Below, piece by piece: positions 40,638 to 53,005 of a stretch of DNA of 64,000 bases. This DNA is from Eledone cirrhosa (taxonomy: Eukaryota), in NCBI GenBank assembly GCA_964016885.1, contig OZ024741.1:225184001-225248000 (forward strand), read 5' to 3'. Every line of letters begins with the position of its first letter. Position 1 is the stretch's first letter. A program made the position numbers and the translations under genes. Below the pieces are notes generated by a model. It had not been told where the DNA came from. It saw only the letters and a list, made by a program, of their open reading frames with translations, and searched no databases.

Positions 40638-41594
40638 ACTAGACATGAAAAATGCGCAAGCTCAAAAGTGCCACAGAATGTTATAATAAACCTTCAAAAG
40701 TGTGGGACTAGAGTTGTTGCTAAAAAATATTGTAATCATTATATATCGTACATTCTGTGGCATCCTTTATAAAAATAGCTTAAACCAACGAAGCCTTTAT
40801 TTTTACGCTATTTCACTTAGTTAATTCTTAGAGTGTAACATATAAAAATAAATACATCTATGTTTAATGTAATAACAGCTATAAATAATTACGTAATATT
40901 ATTATCATATACTCATAGTAACAAAATAATTGTGTTGAAACTTAATATGATGCTTATATGAACGATCAAATCTATAATGATAATTTCTTAAATATACTAA
41001 TAGTAAAATAATTTAGTTATCTATTGTTACATTTTCATAGAACTATAATATTAACAATCGTATTGCATTATCAAATTTTTATCACTACAAACTTTCATAT
41101 TGGAATTACCTTAAGCCACTTATTATTACTTCGCTTTCGTACTTTTACAGCTGTAGATATTGCGCTGTATCTTATATCTAATATCAATATCTCGTGGTAA
41201 TTTGCATGAAGTGTAAAATAGGTTTATTAATAACTTTAATATGAAATGTATTATACAGGGCTGCGGAGTCGGTCAAAAATTGACTGGCTCCAACTCAGGA
41301 TCCGATACTCCATTATTTCCTAAATTTCAGCTCCGCAGCTCTGTTATTATATTAATTAATTTATTTTATAGTTGTAAATCATATTTTTATATGTTACACT
41401 CTAAGAATTAACTAAGTGAAATAGCGTAAAAATAAAGGCTTCGTTGGTTTAAGCTATTTTTATAAAGGATGCCACAGAATGTACGATATATAATGATTAC
41501 AATATTTTTTAGCAACAACTCTAGTCCCACACTTTTGAAGGTTTATTATAACATTCTGTGGCACTTTTGAGCTTGCGCATTTTTCATGTCTAGT
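40638..41594. repeat. Apparently perfect ~213-bp inverted repeat with a ~530-bp AT-rich spacer
   Basis: 40638-40850 versus 41382-41594; termini ACTAG...CTAGT. Confidence 0.9.
41256..41343. mobile_element. 88-bp hAT-type MITE
   Basis: TIRs CAGGGCTGCGGAG and CTCCGCAGCTCTG; 8-bp TSD-like flanks GTATTATA and TTATTATA. Confidence 0.75.
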
Positions 41595-41627
41595 ATATAT
41601 ATGTATAAATATATATATACATATCTA

Positions 41628-41680
<53 letters not shown>

Positions 41681-42024
41681 TATATATATATATATGTTAT
41701 ATACATATACATATGTACCATGGAACTACCACCATTTAACTACCACCATTTAACTACATTTCTTGTCACAACAACCATGTCTTAGCAATCGTATACAAAC
41801 TATTTTTCCTGTGTGTATTTCTATTTACATCTCCCTCCCCCTCTCTCTGTGTATATATATATAGATAGATACACACACACACACACACATACATGCTCTC
41901 TCACACACACACATACACACCCACACCCACATATATATATATATATTACTCTTTTACCTGTTTCAGCCATCCGGCTGAGGCCATGCTGGGGCACCGCCCT
42001 ATATATATATTTTTTTTTTTTTAG

Positions 42025-42237
42025 ACGATCGACTTTCGTCAAATCGGACCGAGGGAACAATGTTTCCGTTGGTCTTTCCAATTGCTAATACTATCTATCG
42101 GTCGCAACTCCAGGTAGAAGGAGCAATGTGAAATAAAGTGTCTTGCTCAAGGACATAACGCATCGCCTGGTCCAGGAATCGAACTCACAACCTTATAATT
42201 GCGAATCAAATTCTCTAACCACTCAGCCACACGCCTT

Positions 42238-42238
<1 letters not shown>
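42025..42238 (-). mobile_element. SINE family B
   Basis: Near-identical to 29598-29815. Confidence 0.88.
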
Positions 42239-42277
<39 letters not shown>

Positions 42278-42570
42278 AATTCACACATTTATGCAGAGAC
42301 AGTCCTACGTTCTGGCATGTTTATTTGCGTGAATAAGTATCCAAACTTTCGCTTGACTTTAAACAGAACACCTCAATTTTGCACCATTTGAATCTGATTT
42401 TAAGTGGATTGATACATTCCGCCATATTAATTTTTCTTCAACCCAGCAACATCAATATCATGAGCGCTTATTTTTTCAAACTCTTTGCTATCATCAAAGA
42501 TAATGTCATCCTCATCACCAAAATGATAAATAACAACTACAACTGCATAATAAAATATTATTATTATTAT

Positions 42571-42808
42571 TTGGCAGTATCGGTAGAGGGTCGGACGCCA
42601 TGCTTTCCAGCAAAATTACTTCCCTTTACGTTCTGAGTTCAAATCCCACCAAGATTAACTTTGCCTTTCATCCTTACGGGGTCGATAAAATAAAGCACCA
42701 GCAACGTACTGGGATCGATTTAATCGACTTTCCCCTCCCCTCCCCCCCAAAAAAATTACTGGCCTTGTGTCTAAAGTAGAAATCATTATTATTATTATTA
42801 TTATTATT
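42571..42808 (+). mobile_element. SINE family A with a (TTA)n tail
   Basis: Full head, core and tail. Confidence 0.85.
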
Positions 42809-43826
42809 GGCGACCTACGTAGGAAATCGTATTAACGTGAGCTCCGTAAAGGTTTGTTGTTTTCAGTTGTTTCAAATTGCCAGTTATGAATATTTTTGTT
42901 GTTAAGTATTTATAACTTCACATATATTGCTTTGTGAAAAGGACACAAAAAAATATTGGGGCCTTGAGCCCAAAACTTAAACTTTTTATTTATCAAACAA
43001 AATATTTCTTTGAAAAAAAAACATGGACGACAAATTTACTGATTTTAACAGACCCCCCTCCCCCACCACCACCACCAACACCAACAACATTGTAAGTCTT
43101 GCTACGATTCCCAACACTGAAAATATAATTAATAGCAGTTTGAATTATTTAGAATTGCCGCATAAAGACATAGATTTCCCGCCATTACCAATAACTGCTG
43201 GTGTTAAAGCCGCCACCACCACCAACACCACCACAGCGACAACAGAACCCCCCCCCCCAAAAAAAAAATTATTATCTCGTGACATCGAAATGGATTCACC
43301 AAGAATCGACTCTTCCACGCCGAACACCACTGACACCAACACCACCTCCACCACAACTGAAACTAAAAATAACAATAACAAAAACAGCAACAACAACAAC
43401 AACAATGAGAATAACAACATCAACACCACCGCGAAACAAAATGTGTCGTTTGCCAAAGCAGCCAAGAAAAGCGAAACAATCGAGGTAAGCCAGGATGAAT
43501 TAAATGAAGCCAAGAGAATGGTAAAAAAAGATGGGTACAGGGTCAGCCTCACCCCCACCCCCACCCCACACACCTAATAAAATGGAGCATCGGCGCCTAT
43601 GCACCGTGTCTTATCGGACGATAAACACAAAATCACGCCGAGTGGAACGGGCATCCGAATCCCAAATACAAAAAAGCTTTGAGACATGCGTGGGCGAAAA
43701 AACCCCACATCAGACGTGGGCAGAAATATGGAACCGTGGACGTGTTCTTTGGAACACCACAGGAAACCAGAGAGCACTCCATGGCCCCATTAAGAAGCGA
43801 CGACTTCACACTCGTCCCAAGCTATT
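42809..43826 (+). mobile_element. Tx1-type LINE 5' UTR and ORF1 fragment (3'-truncated)
   Basis: DFPPL, SFAKAAK..., ELNEAKRMV, CTVSYRT and RGQKYGTVDVFF motifs, homologous to 45386-45790 on the minus strand. Confidence 0.75.
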
Positions 43827-43827
43827 A

Positions 43828-45906
43828 TTATCACGTCCAGCACCACGAACTTACCTTCTGGGTCCAGTAAGATGGCCCATATGGCGAGATCCAAACCTCT
43901 CCGAAAAAGCACAGCAACTCCTCCCCCCGATCCAGGACGGCTGGGAGAGGCGTACACATCGTAGCCGCCGAAGATCGGTGCGAAGGCCCGTGCTTCGGAG
44001 ATTCTGGTCTCGCTGATGGCCACTACATCTATGTTTAGTGACCTGATGTCGTTGAGCAGGTGGCCCTGCTTCCATGACGACCCCAAGCCACGTGCATTTT
44101 TGCTGCCTATTCTGAGTGAGGTCATGTTGAAATGGAGTGGAAAAGATGGGAAAGACCACTTACCTTACTTCTCTTAGAAGAAGGATGGTTTCTCCATCCC
44201 TTTTCACTTGATCGTCTGGTGAAGGGACCGTTGAATCGTCCCTTCGGCTGGTCGTCGGCTCTTATGTGAGTATATCCGAATATACTCTCTGGTTGAGTGT
44301 CCCTCCTAAGTCTCTGAAATCACCAACTGCGTTGGGGAATTTCGTTTTAAAGTTTGCGCATTGTTTCTGTGCTATTCTTACCAGTCTTATGTTCATTGGT
44401 GTTTTGATTGGTGCTGGTATTATGTAGTCGTGCTGTGAAATGTCTGTGTGTTCAATTATGTAAGTCATTAGTTTCTTGTTGTGTGTATTTATTGCTGTGC
44501 ATTTGTTTTTCTGGGGGTGGGGTGTGGTTCTGCTATTTCCTTGTCGTTGTTGCTGGGTGTGTGAGTTTTGTTGTTGTGTTTGCGATGTTGGTGCTTGTGG
44601 TGGTGGTTTTGAAGGTGTTCTTGTTGTTGGCGGTGGGGTTGTCGCCGGTGGTGACGGTGGTGTTAGTGTGGGTGGTGATGGTGTTGGTGGTGTTGCTGCT
44701 GTAAGTCTCTTTGCAGTAGCCTTTAGCCTTTTTTCATTTCTTTCCTCCCTTTTCGAAGGCGACGATGCGCTGCTTCTGCGTTTGTGCCTTCTTGCGACCT
44801 TTTGCCATCCCTCTCCCACCTCACACTCCATGTCTGATTCTGTGAGGTCGGGGAGGGGAACCAGCTCCACTCTTTCACTTGTTGTTGTTGGTGATGTTTG
44901 CAGTGGAATCTCTGTTGCAGCTGCAGTTGGTATTACTGTTGTTGTTGTTAATACTTCCACTGCTGCTGCTCTTGATTTCCGTGGCGTGGGTATGGGTGCC
45001 ACGGACCTATCCCTCGTGCTTGCCGCCTGTCTTATTGCTGGTAGCAGTAGAGCCGGTTTCGAAAGGAGGGAGGTTTCTTCTTTCTCAGGGTCTTCTCATT
45101 GCAGAAGGCCCTGGGGTATGTCTTCGACCCACAGCGAAAGCATTTCGGGCGTTTGCCCTGAACACCTATGGGCAGTTAAGAGCCGTTATCGAAGTCTATC
45201 ACATCCGGGATAGCTTCGATGCACTCCTGGTTGGTTTGGATTAACATCTCAATGGAGGTGCCGACCCAATCTTCTCGTACTTTTTTCTGTACTTGCAGTA
45301 CAGTTGTTTTGTCCTAGATTCCGACGAGGACAGACGCGGCCAGCCAAGAAGGGGCTATCTTGGGGGGCGTGGGTCAGTTTGACCCTCACAATTTTTGCCC
45401 GCAGTAGGAGGGCACCAACACCATTTCCTCGCTCCTTAGGGTCACTAAGGATTGAGCCTTTGCCTCCTGGGGTGTGGCAAAAAGCACGTCCACGATGGCA
45501 TATTTCTTGCCTCGGGTGATATGCTTTTTCCGCTGCCACACAGACCCTAAGGCTTTTTGTATTCGAGCCTCTGTGGATCTTTCAATCCTACAGGATTTTG
45601 TGCTTACTGTACGGTACGTGACTGTACAGTGCTGTTGGATTTGGAAACATTTTTCGGCTGCCTTGCAGATTGCTCGGTGTCCTGTTTTCGTCACCATCTT
45701 CTTTGCTTCCTGTAATTCTTCATTTGTTATAAGGATGGTTTCCAGGTTCTTTGCGATATCTGCAAACGAGATTGGTTTTTCTTTCTTGTTGTTGTTGTTG
45801 TTATCGCCAGAGCTGCTGTTACTTTTGTTGTTGCTGCTGGTACTACGACCGCCGCCGCCGCTGTTGCTGTGGTTGTTGCTGTTGTTGTTGCTGTTGCTGC
45901 TGTTGT

Positions 45907-45937
<31 letters not shown>

Positions 45938-46506
45938 TATGCTTATGCTGATGTTGTTGCGGCTGCTACTAGTGTTTTACTTTTCATTGTTGCTGCTGCT
46001 GCTGTTATTACGGCTGCTATTCTTCATGACGTCAGACGAATGAAATGGCTTTCCGTGTTTACCGCACACATTTTTCGTCGTTGTCGTCGTTGTTATGCAC
46101 GTGCTTTTGGTGTAGGTTATCAGAAACTTAATTTTTCCTTTTCTTTAATGGTGTCGCTTGCGAAAAAGGTGACACCACATTTAGAGAAGGGAGGGAAAGA
46201 GACAATCTTCTCTCTGCTGTAATGACGATTGAGGAAGAAGAAGACGGAATGAGTGGGTGTGACTTGCGAAAATTCTTTTTTGTAGCCATGTTTTTTTTAC
46301 AGTTTAAAATGAATATTGGGCACAAAATCCCAATAAGCAGTTATTTAACCCCGAAGAGCCAAATAACGGGCAGAAAGACCCCCTCTCACGAGGAGGCGGG
46401 TGTTTTTATCTACAATTTGGTTCAAGTCTTAAACGATTTACAATTGTTATAGCAGTTAAAAATTACTATACCTTACAGAGCCGAGACTCCGTCAACCATG
46501 GCATTC

Positions 46507-46507
<1 letters not shown>
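43828..46507 (-). mobile_element. Tx1-type LINE: 5' UTR, ORF1 with zinc knuckle and start of ORF2 APE (3'-truncated)
   Basis: ORF1 VQGKRPKCFRCG (~45130-45170); ORF2 start MTSLRIGSKNARGL...DVVAISETR...GGGVAVLF. Confidence 0.85.
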
Positions 46508-46540
<33 letters not shown>

Positions 46541-46542
<2 letters not shown>

Positions 46543-49295
46543 GATTTCATTTATTGGCCACAAGGGCCGACATGTAGGGGACAATACAAAGACAGGGACA
46601 GTGGGGGTTTACAATAAGGTTGAGTAAAAGTGCACAATGGCAAGACTAATTTAACAATGAAGATATATAAATATAAAATAAACTATGCATAAATATAACA
46701 AAATAAATTCCCCTATAGGGGGTGGACGACCAGGGCGTGACTCAGGTACCCCACCAATCCTGAACCACCCTGCGCTTCTAGGGCACCCAGGGAGAGCACC
46801 CCTCTCCTCAAGTTAGCTAGCCTATCATGGTCAGAGTAGGCCCATTCACACGGGCCATTTTCGCCACATTCCTCTACCTTTTAGCAAATGTACTCGGGGG
46901 CAGCACTTCTCTCTCCACCCTCACTTTCCTTTCTAGGTGAAACTTGAAGAAGTTGATGAGGGATTGACCGAAGAGAAAAGTGTCTGTCTTCAGTCATTTT
47001 AACCTGGTCCACCATATAACTTCTTTGCAACGGCCACCAGAAAGAGGAAAATTGCCTGCTCTTCCTGGCCAAAGGAAGGTGGCGGTTCGATCTTCACTAT
47101 GGACCCGACCGATAGCCGGATCCGTTCCACACGTGACAGTAGTTGTTCGACATAATTCCACAAGTCAGTAATGCACGGACATTGGACAAGTGCGTGCAGA
47201 ACGGTTTCGTCGCTCTGCGCGCATCTCGGGCAGGTCCGTCTGACAGCACTTCCGTGCCTGTAGAGTTTATCCGGAACCGGCAGTGCCCCCGGTAACACTG
47301 CCAAGCGAGGGATTTCTGGAAATTGGCCATCGTCCCCGGCTCGAAAGTCCTGCGGTACAGACTGGTCAGTTCGACTTCGTCGAGGCCCAAAGTTTCTCCG
47401 AGTGTATCATCGCACTTGCCCACCACTAATCCTCTATAGAACTCGAGAGTGGAAGTTTCACTGATCGCATTGCCCGCTTGGTAGAGGGCAGTAAATGTCT
47501 GGCAACATTCCAGGTGCCAGTCACCCAGTCTCGGTCTCTTTTTGACCCAGGACTGCAGCTCAGTAAAAGAAACGAGCTGCGGAAAGGCCCGTCTGATAAA
47601 CGGCGACCACATCCGTTCACCGTTTAGGCAGAATATCTGGCGATCTCGCAGCCTCAGCGCATGTCTTCGCATCATTAGCCACGGCATGCCCAGCCCTCCG
47701 CGTAGAGGGTGTTCGCAGCAGATTGACCGCCTCACCAATGGAACTTGTCCCTTCCACAAGAATTTGAATAGGGGCCGTTCCAGCATCACGAGGCGCGGAC
47801 GGGGGCAAGTTACGACGGTCAGGCGGTAGTAGAAGACGGACGCGATGTACGCATTCGCCACCTCCACGCGACATTTCAGTGATAGCTTCCTCCCATCCCA
47901 CTTTTGGGTGAGACTGGCTACCCTGCTCGTTACCTCGTCCGAATTCTTTTCCACCTGGAGGTCTGGTCCGAACCAAACCCCGAGCAACTTTACCGGTCCG
48001 TACGTTCAGCGCCCCATGACGTTGTTGGACGGCATATGCTTGCCTCACCAGGTTCCGAGCTGCAAGCCCACCGACTTTTCCGGGTTAAGTTTGGCTTCTG
48101 TCTACCTTTCATATTCCTTCAATAAGGTGCCAGCTTCCGCAGTAAAGGCTCGAGAGTCAATACTTACAGAAGGGAAGAGAGAGGGCACTCTTGACGTACC
48201 GATCGGGAGATCCGAAATGGTTCCGAGAGGTGGCCATTAACCTTGACCACCGAGCGTGTGCGTCTGTGCATTGCAGTGATCCAGCTTCTGAATACAGGGC
48301 CGAAGCCAGCTGCATTGAGGACAAACTCCAGATACCGATGGTTGACCCTATCGAATGCTTTCGATTGATCTAAATTGATCAGTGCCCCACCGAAGCCAAC
48401 CTCTCTATGATGTATCGCATGAGGTGAAGATTGTCGTGTATGGACCTGGCTCTGATTGCACAAGTTTGTGCCTTACCAACCAAATCCTCGACGACAAGCG
48501 CCAATCTCTTTGCTAACGCCTTGGCCAAAATCTTAAACTCTGTGTTGAGCAGAGTTATGGGCCTGAAGTTGTTTAATGTATCCCTCTTGTTCTCGTCTTT
48601 CCTTATCAGCGTCACCACTCCCCTGCTCACATTCTGCTTCCAATTGCAGTAGAGTGTTTCGAGGAGATCGGAGAACAAGTCAGGCATATTTACGTAAAGC
48701 TCGTAGGGCAGGCCATCCAAACCGAGTGACCTGCGCCTCATGCAGCCGACAAGGGCGTCCTGAATTTCGGCTGAAGTAATCGGCCTTTCGCAGCGCTCAG
48801 CGTCGACCGTCGAGATGCGCGGCAAGCTGTCAGGGTAGGGACTGAAATCCGCTACTCTCTCTCTGACTCGCTACTCTCCCCGAACAACCGAGCAAAGTGC
48901 TGGCGAAAGGCCCCACACATCCGCTTGGAATCGCTTATCTCGTGTCCGTCTCGGTCCGCCAAAGACCGAATTGTGGTTTTATTACCACGCTGTGCCTCCG
49001 CCGTGCGGGCACATCGAACAGCTTTGGTTCCCTCGTTTCTCAGCGCACGCGCCTTAGCTCTGACAATGCAACCTTCATGTTTCGCATTGAAGAAATGGTC
49101 TAATGCCATTCTAGCCGCTAGCACGTCAAATAGCCTCGTCTAACTTATCTACCAGCTCCCCCTCCTTTCTATTTTTCTCTAACGCTAGTTCTTTGCTGAA
49201 CTCTATCGAAGTTAGTCTAATCTCTCTTTTGAGAGCCCCCCAACATCTGTTGTTGATGATCCCCCCCTGTCAACTTACGTGCCGGTGTAAACAAC
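46541..49295 (-). mobile_element. Tx1-type LINE 3' half: RT, C-terminal Cys/His motif, 3' UTR and (TTA)n tail; decayed
   Basis: GLDGLPYE, FRPITLLNTEFKILAK, LDQSKAFDRV, VRQECPLS, GGLG and CPRC..DETVLHALVQC motifs. AATAAA precedes the tail. Confidence 0.92.
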
Positions 49296-49323
49296 ACCAC
49301 AATAATAATAATAATAATAATAA

Positions 49324-49535
49324 TGGTTTCTGATATAGGCACAAGGCCAGCATTTTGAGAGGAGAGGAAAGTTCATTAAATCGACCCCACTGCGTGACTG
49401 GTACTTTATTTTACCGACCCCGTAAGGATGAAAGGCAAAGCTAACCTCGGCGGGATTTGAACTCAGACCGTAAAAGGCAGTAACAATATGTTGCAAAACA
49501 TGTTGTCCGACGCTCTACCAATACTACCAATCCAC
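49324..49535 (-). mobile_element. SINE family A with a (TTA)n tail
   Basis: Full copy. Confidence 0.85.
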
Positions 49536-49556
49536 ATAATAATATAAATAATGATA

Positions 49557-49602
49557 ATGATTTCATTTATTGACCTCCAGGGCCGACATATAGGGGACAA
49601 TA
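49557..49602 (-). mobile_element. ~45-bp 3' tip of the same Tx1 family
   Basis: GATTTCATTTATTG...AGGGCCGACAT.TAGGGGACAATA matches 46543-46586. Confidence 0.75.
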
Positions 49603-49603
49603 A

Positions 49604-50100
49604 TGCACTTGTTTGTTTTAAACGTCTTTTGTTAATTTTGTTGTTTTTTCATGTTTTTTTTTCCTGGTTTTGAACCGTTTTCTTTTAATCTTTTCAGGCT
49701 TTGTTGCTAAATTGACCAAGTTACTAGAGAAATAGTCCGTTTTCCTCTATCTCCAGATACAACAACAGCATGAACAACAACAATTTTGCAAAAAGAACTA
49801 CAAAAGCAGCAGAACGTTTTAAAATGTGTCTCTTAGATATAGACACGTTTGACACAAGCAACCAAATTAATAAAACTGGAGAGACAATCCGATGTAACTA
49901 TTCTGTTCATGGGTTGGCAGCCTATCGGAACTTTAGCCTATCGGTGCATGTCAACAAAGACCAGACGGCCAGAAGTAGCACTACATGCTAAAGCCAAAAG
50001 GGCCTTGAAAGTCATATGGTCCGATATCCGATATTGAACATGTAAAAACAAAGCAGTTCGGAGGCATACATTGCTTTTTAAAACTGAAGCCATCGAATTA
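49604..50100 (+). mobile_element. Possible Tx1-type 5' UTR and ORF1 remnant
   Basis: T-rich leader, an N-rich start and YRN...KAKRALKVIW loosely resembling ORF1 of the neighbouring elements. Confidence 0.4.
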
Positions 50101-50346
50101 AGCATTAAACATTTTGTGGTCCCCTTTCACAGCGATGACAACGTTTTTTTTCTTTCTGTATTTAGAGAGAAGAACAGTAGAGGGGGGATTTCGGGGTTCC
50201 CATCGTAGTTGGATATTTGGTGGTTCCTGGCCTGCGTTGTCCCGATGTTTCATATGCAACAAAACATACACACTATAAACCTTTTCTATTATATGTACAC
50301 ATACACACACACACGCGCACATGCACATACACACATTATATATATA

Positions 50347-52194
50347 TTTAACGAAGGGTATTAGTAGTGGTTATTGTTGGATGGATTAACATAGTTGTTA
50401 GATGAAATAACAAGAATAGCGATTTACTTTATATATAAAGGTTTACTTCACTTCAATCAAAAAGAACAATAAACATAATACCACGAGTTGCGAAGGTTGA
50501 CAATGTTATTTTTGTTGTTGGTTCATGAGGCTGGTGTAGTCTGAAACCATAGTGAGAGAGAGAGTAATTGTCTGTAATTGTAATAGCGTACTGCTCCGAT
50601 CGCTCTGTATCTAAGGTGGGAAAATATAGGCTTTATATACATGTCGCTTTCTGTCTCCCACCTTGAGGGGATAGCCCACGCATAAACCTGTTCACACCAA
50701 AAGGGTGGTGACCTAGAGCTTAACCTTTAGGTGTCACCCAAGGTTCAAGGTGTGGACAGATTTCGCTACATTAGTTCCCTACCCAGATCGATGCAGGAGC
50801 AGCGATCGATTATAAAAGGGGTATCGAAATCTGATTCTAGAAGCGTGTCCCAAAACACACAAAATGTGGGTACTGCGCCCGTATTTCGAGTGCAGAGAAA
50901 TTTGGAGACAGAAAAAAATATCGTATAACTGTGTATGGATAAATGTGTGTGTAACATTTAGAATGAACTGTAAATATACAAAGTTGTGATCATGTATTTC
51001 GAACTGCTGTGTATGGATCGCTGAACATTGGGGTTACGGTATCGGATTACGATATGATAACACAGAGGACTATTTCTCTCGATGTATCATCATACGTAAG
51101 ATTTTCTTCCAGTGAGTCTAGGTTTACGCTATGACATGAGTGTGTGCAATTTTGAGTTACGTACCCGAGTAAGTCCAGGCGTGCTTGAGTGAGTCCAAGC
51201 GAGTAGTACTCGTGGGTTGATTATCATGTGTTTAGTAGCTGTTGCCGAACCTCGACTAGTTGAAATGTGATCTAGCTGAGACCCAACCGAATCCAGAATA
51301 TACCATAGACAAAAACATATTGGTGTGTGACAAAGAAAATGATGTGTGTTTGATGCAAAACGTGTATTTTGATACAGGCATATAATACAGTAAAACGAAT
51401 AAAAAAATAAAAATGAATGTTCATATACAACCTGTAAAAAAAAAATATATATATTTATATAAGAGAGTATTGAAGTTTGCTTGAAGCATTGTGGAATAAT
51501 AAATAAATATCTTTAAGTCGTTTGGAAGCCTCGACAATGCAAATGGGTAAATCCCCGGAGATTTACCCATTTGCATTGTCGAGGCTTCCAAACGACTTAA
51601 AGATATTTATATATTTATATAATTGTTCCTTACAAAAAGTTCAGTTTTCTCTTCTTTATGTGATCGTTTTCTTGCTAGGAAGCTAGTAGTATTGTCTGTT
51701 GTTGTTGGAGATTACGAAGCAAGTGGGGAAGTGTTTGGTAATGAATTGAAACATAAAAGCGAAGTCACTGTAAATATTCCGTAGAATGGAAGTTTGGTGA
51801 ATAATTTGAAAAAGTAAAGTTTTACCATATCGTACCATATAGATGAGAAGCTTGGTAAGAGAAAGTTGTTGATATTGGCAAAAGAAGCCATGATGAGATC
51901 AAAAGGCTGCGTGTGGTTTTCTTTTTTTAAAATACCACGTCGTATTATTTTTTTTTTATATCACGTCGGGTTCACCAATTTAACGAAGGTGGTTAGTTAG
52001 AAATTGTTAGATGGATTAACACGGTTATTAGATGAAATAACAAGAATAGCGATTTACTTTATATATAAAGGTTTACTTCACTTCAATCAAAAAGAACAAT
52101 AAACATATTACCACGAGTTGCGAAGGTTGACAATGTTATTTTTGTTGTTGATTCATGAGGCTGGTGTAGTCTGAGACCATAGTGAGAGAGAGAG

Positions 52195-52247
<53 letters not shown>

Positions 52248-52518
52248 AATGGTATGTATACCTCTGAAGGGTCTGTAGTTGACTGTAGACCACTGTGGCC
52301 TATAGATAGCGGTGAATCTTTCACATAACTTGTAACTTGTAATAGCGTACTGCTCCGATCGCTCTGTATCTAAGGTGGGAAAATATAGGCTTTATATACC
52401 TGTCGCTTTCTGTCTCCCACCTTCAGGGGGTAGCCCACGCATGAACCTGTTCACACCAAAAGGGTGGTGACCTAGATTTTGAGCGTTAGGTGTCACCCAA
52501 GGTCCAGATTTCGCTACA
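50347..52518 (-). mobile_element. Non-autonomous LTR retroelement (Gypsy-like/TRIM-like)
   Basis: Direct repeats 50347-50770 and 51979-52518. PBS TGGTGAACCCGACGTGAT (51960-51977, minus) is a 17/18 match to the tRNA-Trp PBS. A purine-rich tract GGGTAGGGAAC precedes the 3' LTR, and there is a TATA TSD. Confidence 0.88.
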
Positions 52519-52731
52519 TATAAGAATAAAAGAACAAAGAATCAGTGTTGCATCATAACATATTTAATTACATATGTTTCACTGTCGATCAGCTTGAGGA
52601 ACGATCTATTATTGATCGAACCTGACTTTGGATTCCAGAGTTAGGTTCGATCAATAATAGTGCTAACCCGGCATATCGAGTGGTAACCTGACATACCGCC
52701 TACGGACGCAATTATCTCGCACCTATACACT

Positions 52732-52763
<32 letters not shown>

Positions 52764-52765
52764 GT

Positions 52766-52974
52766 GAAGGCGTGTGGCTGAGTGGTTAGACAATTGGATT
52801 TGCAACCGTGAGATTGTGAGTTCGATACCCGGACCGGACGATGCGTTATGTCAAGACACTTTATTTCACGTTACCTCTTCTCCCTGGAGTGGCGACCGAT
52901 AGATAGTATTAGCAACTGGAAAGACCAATGGAAACATTGTTTCCTCGGTCCGATTTGACGAAAGTCGATCGTTC
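52766..52974 (+). mobile_element. SINE family B
   Basis: Homologous to the other family-B copies. Confidence 0.85.
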
Positions 52975-53005
<31 letters not shown>

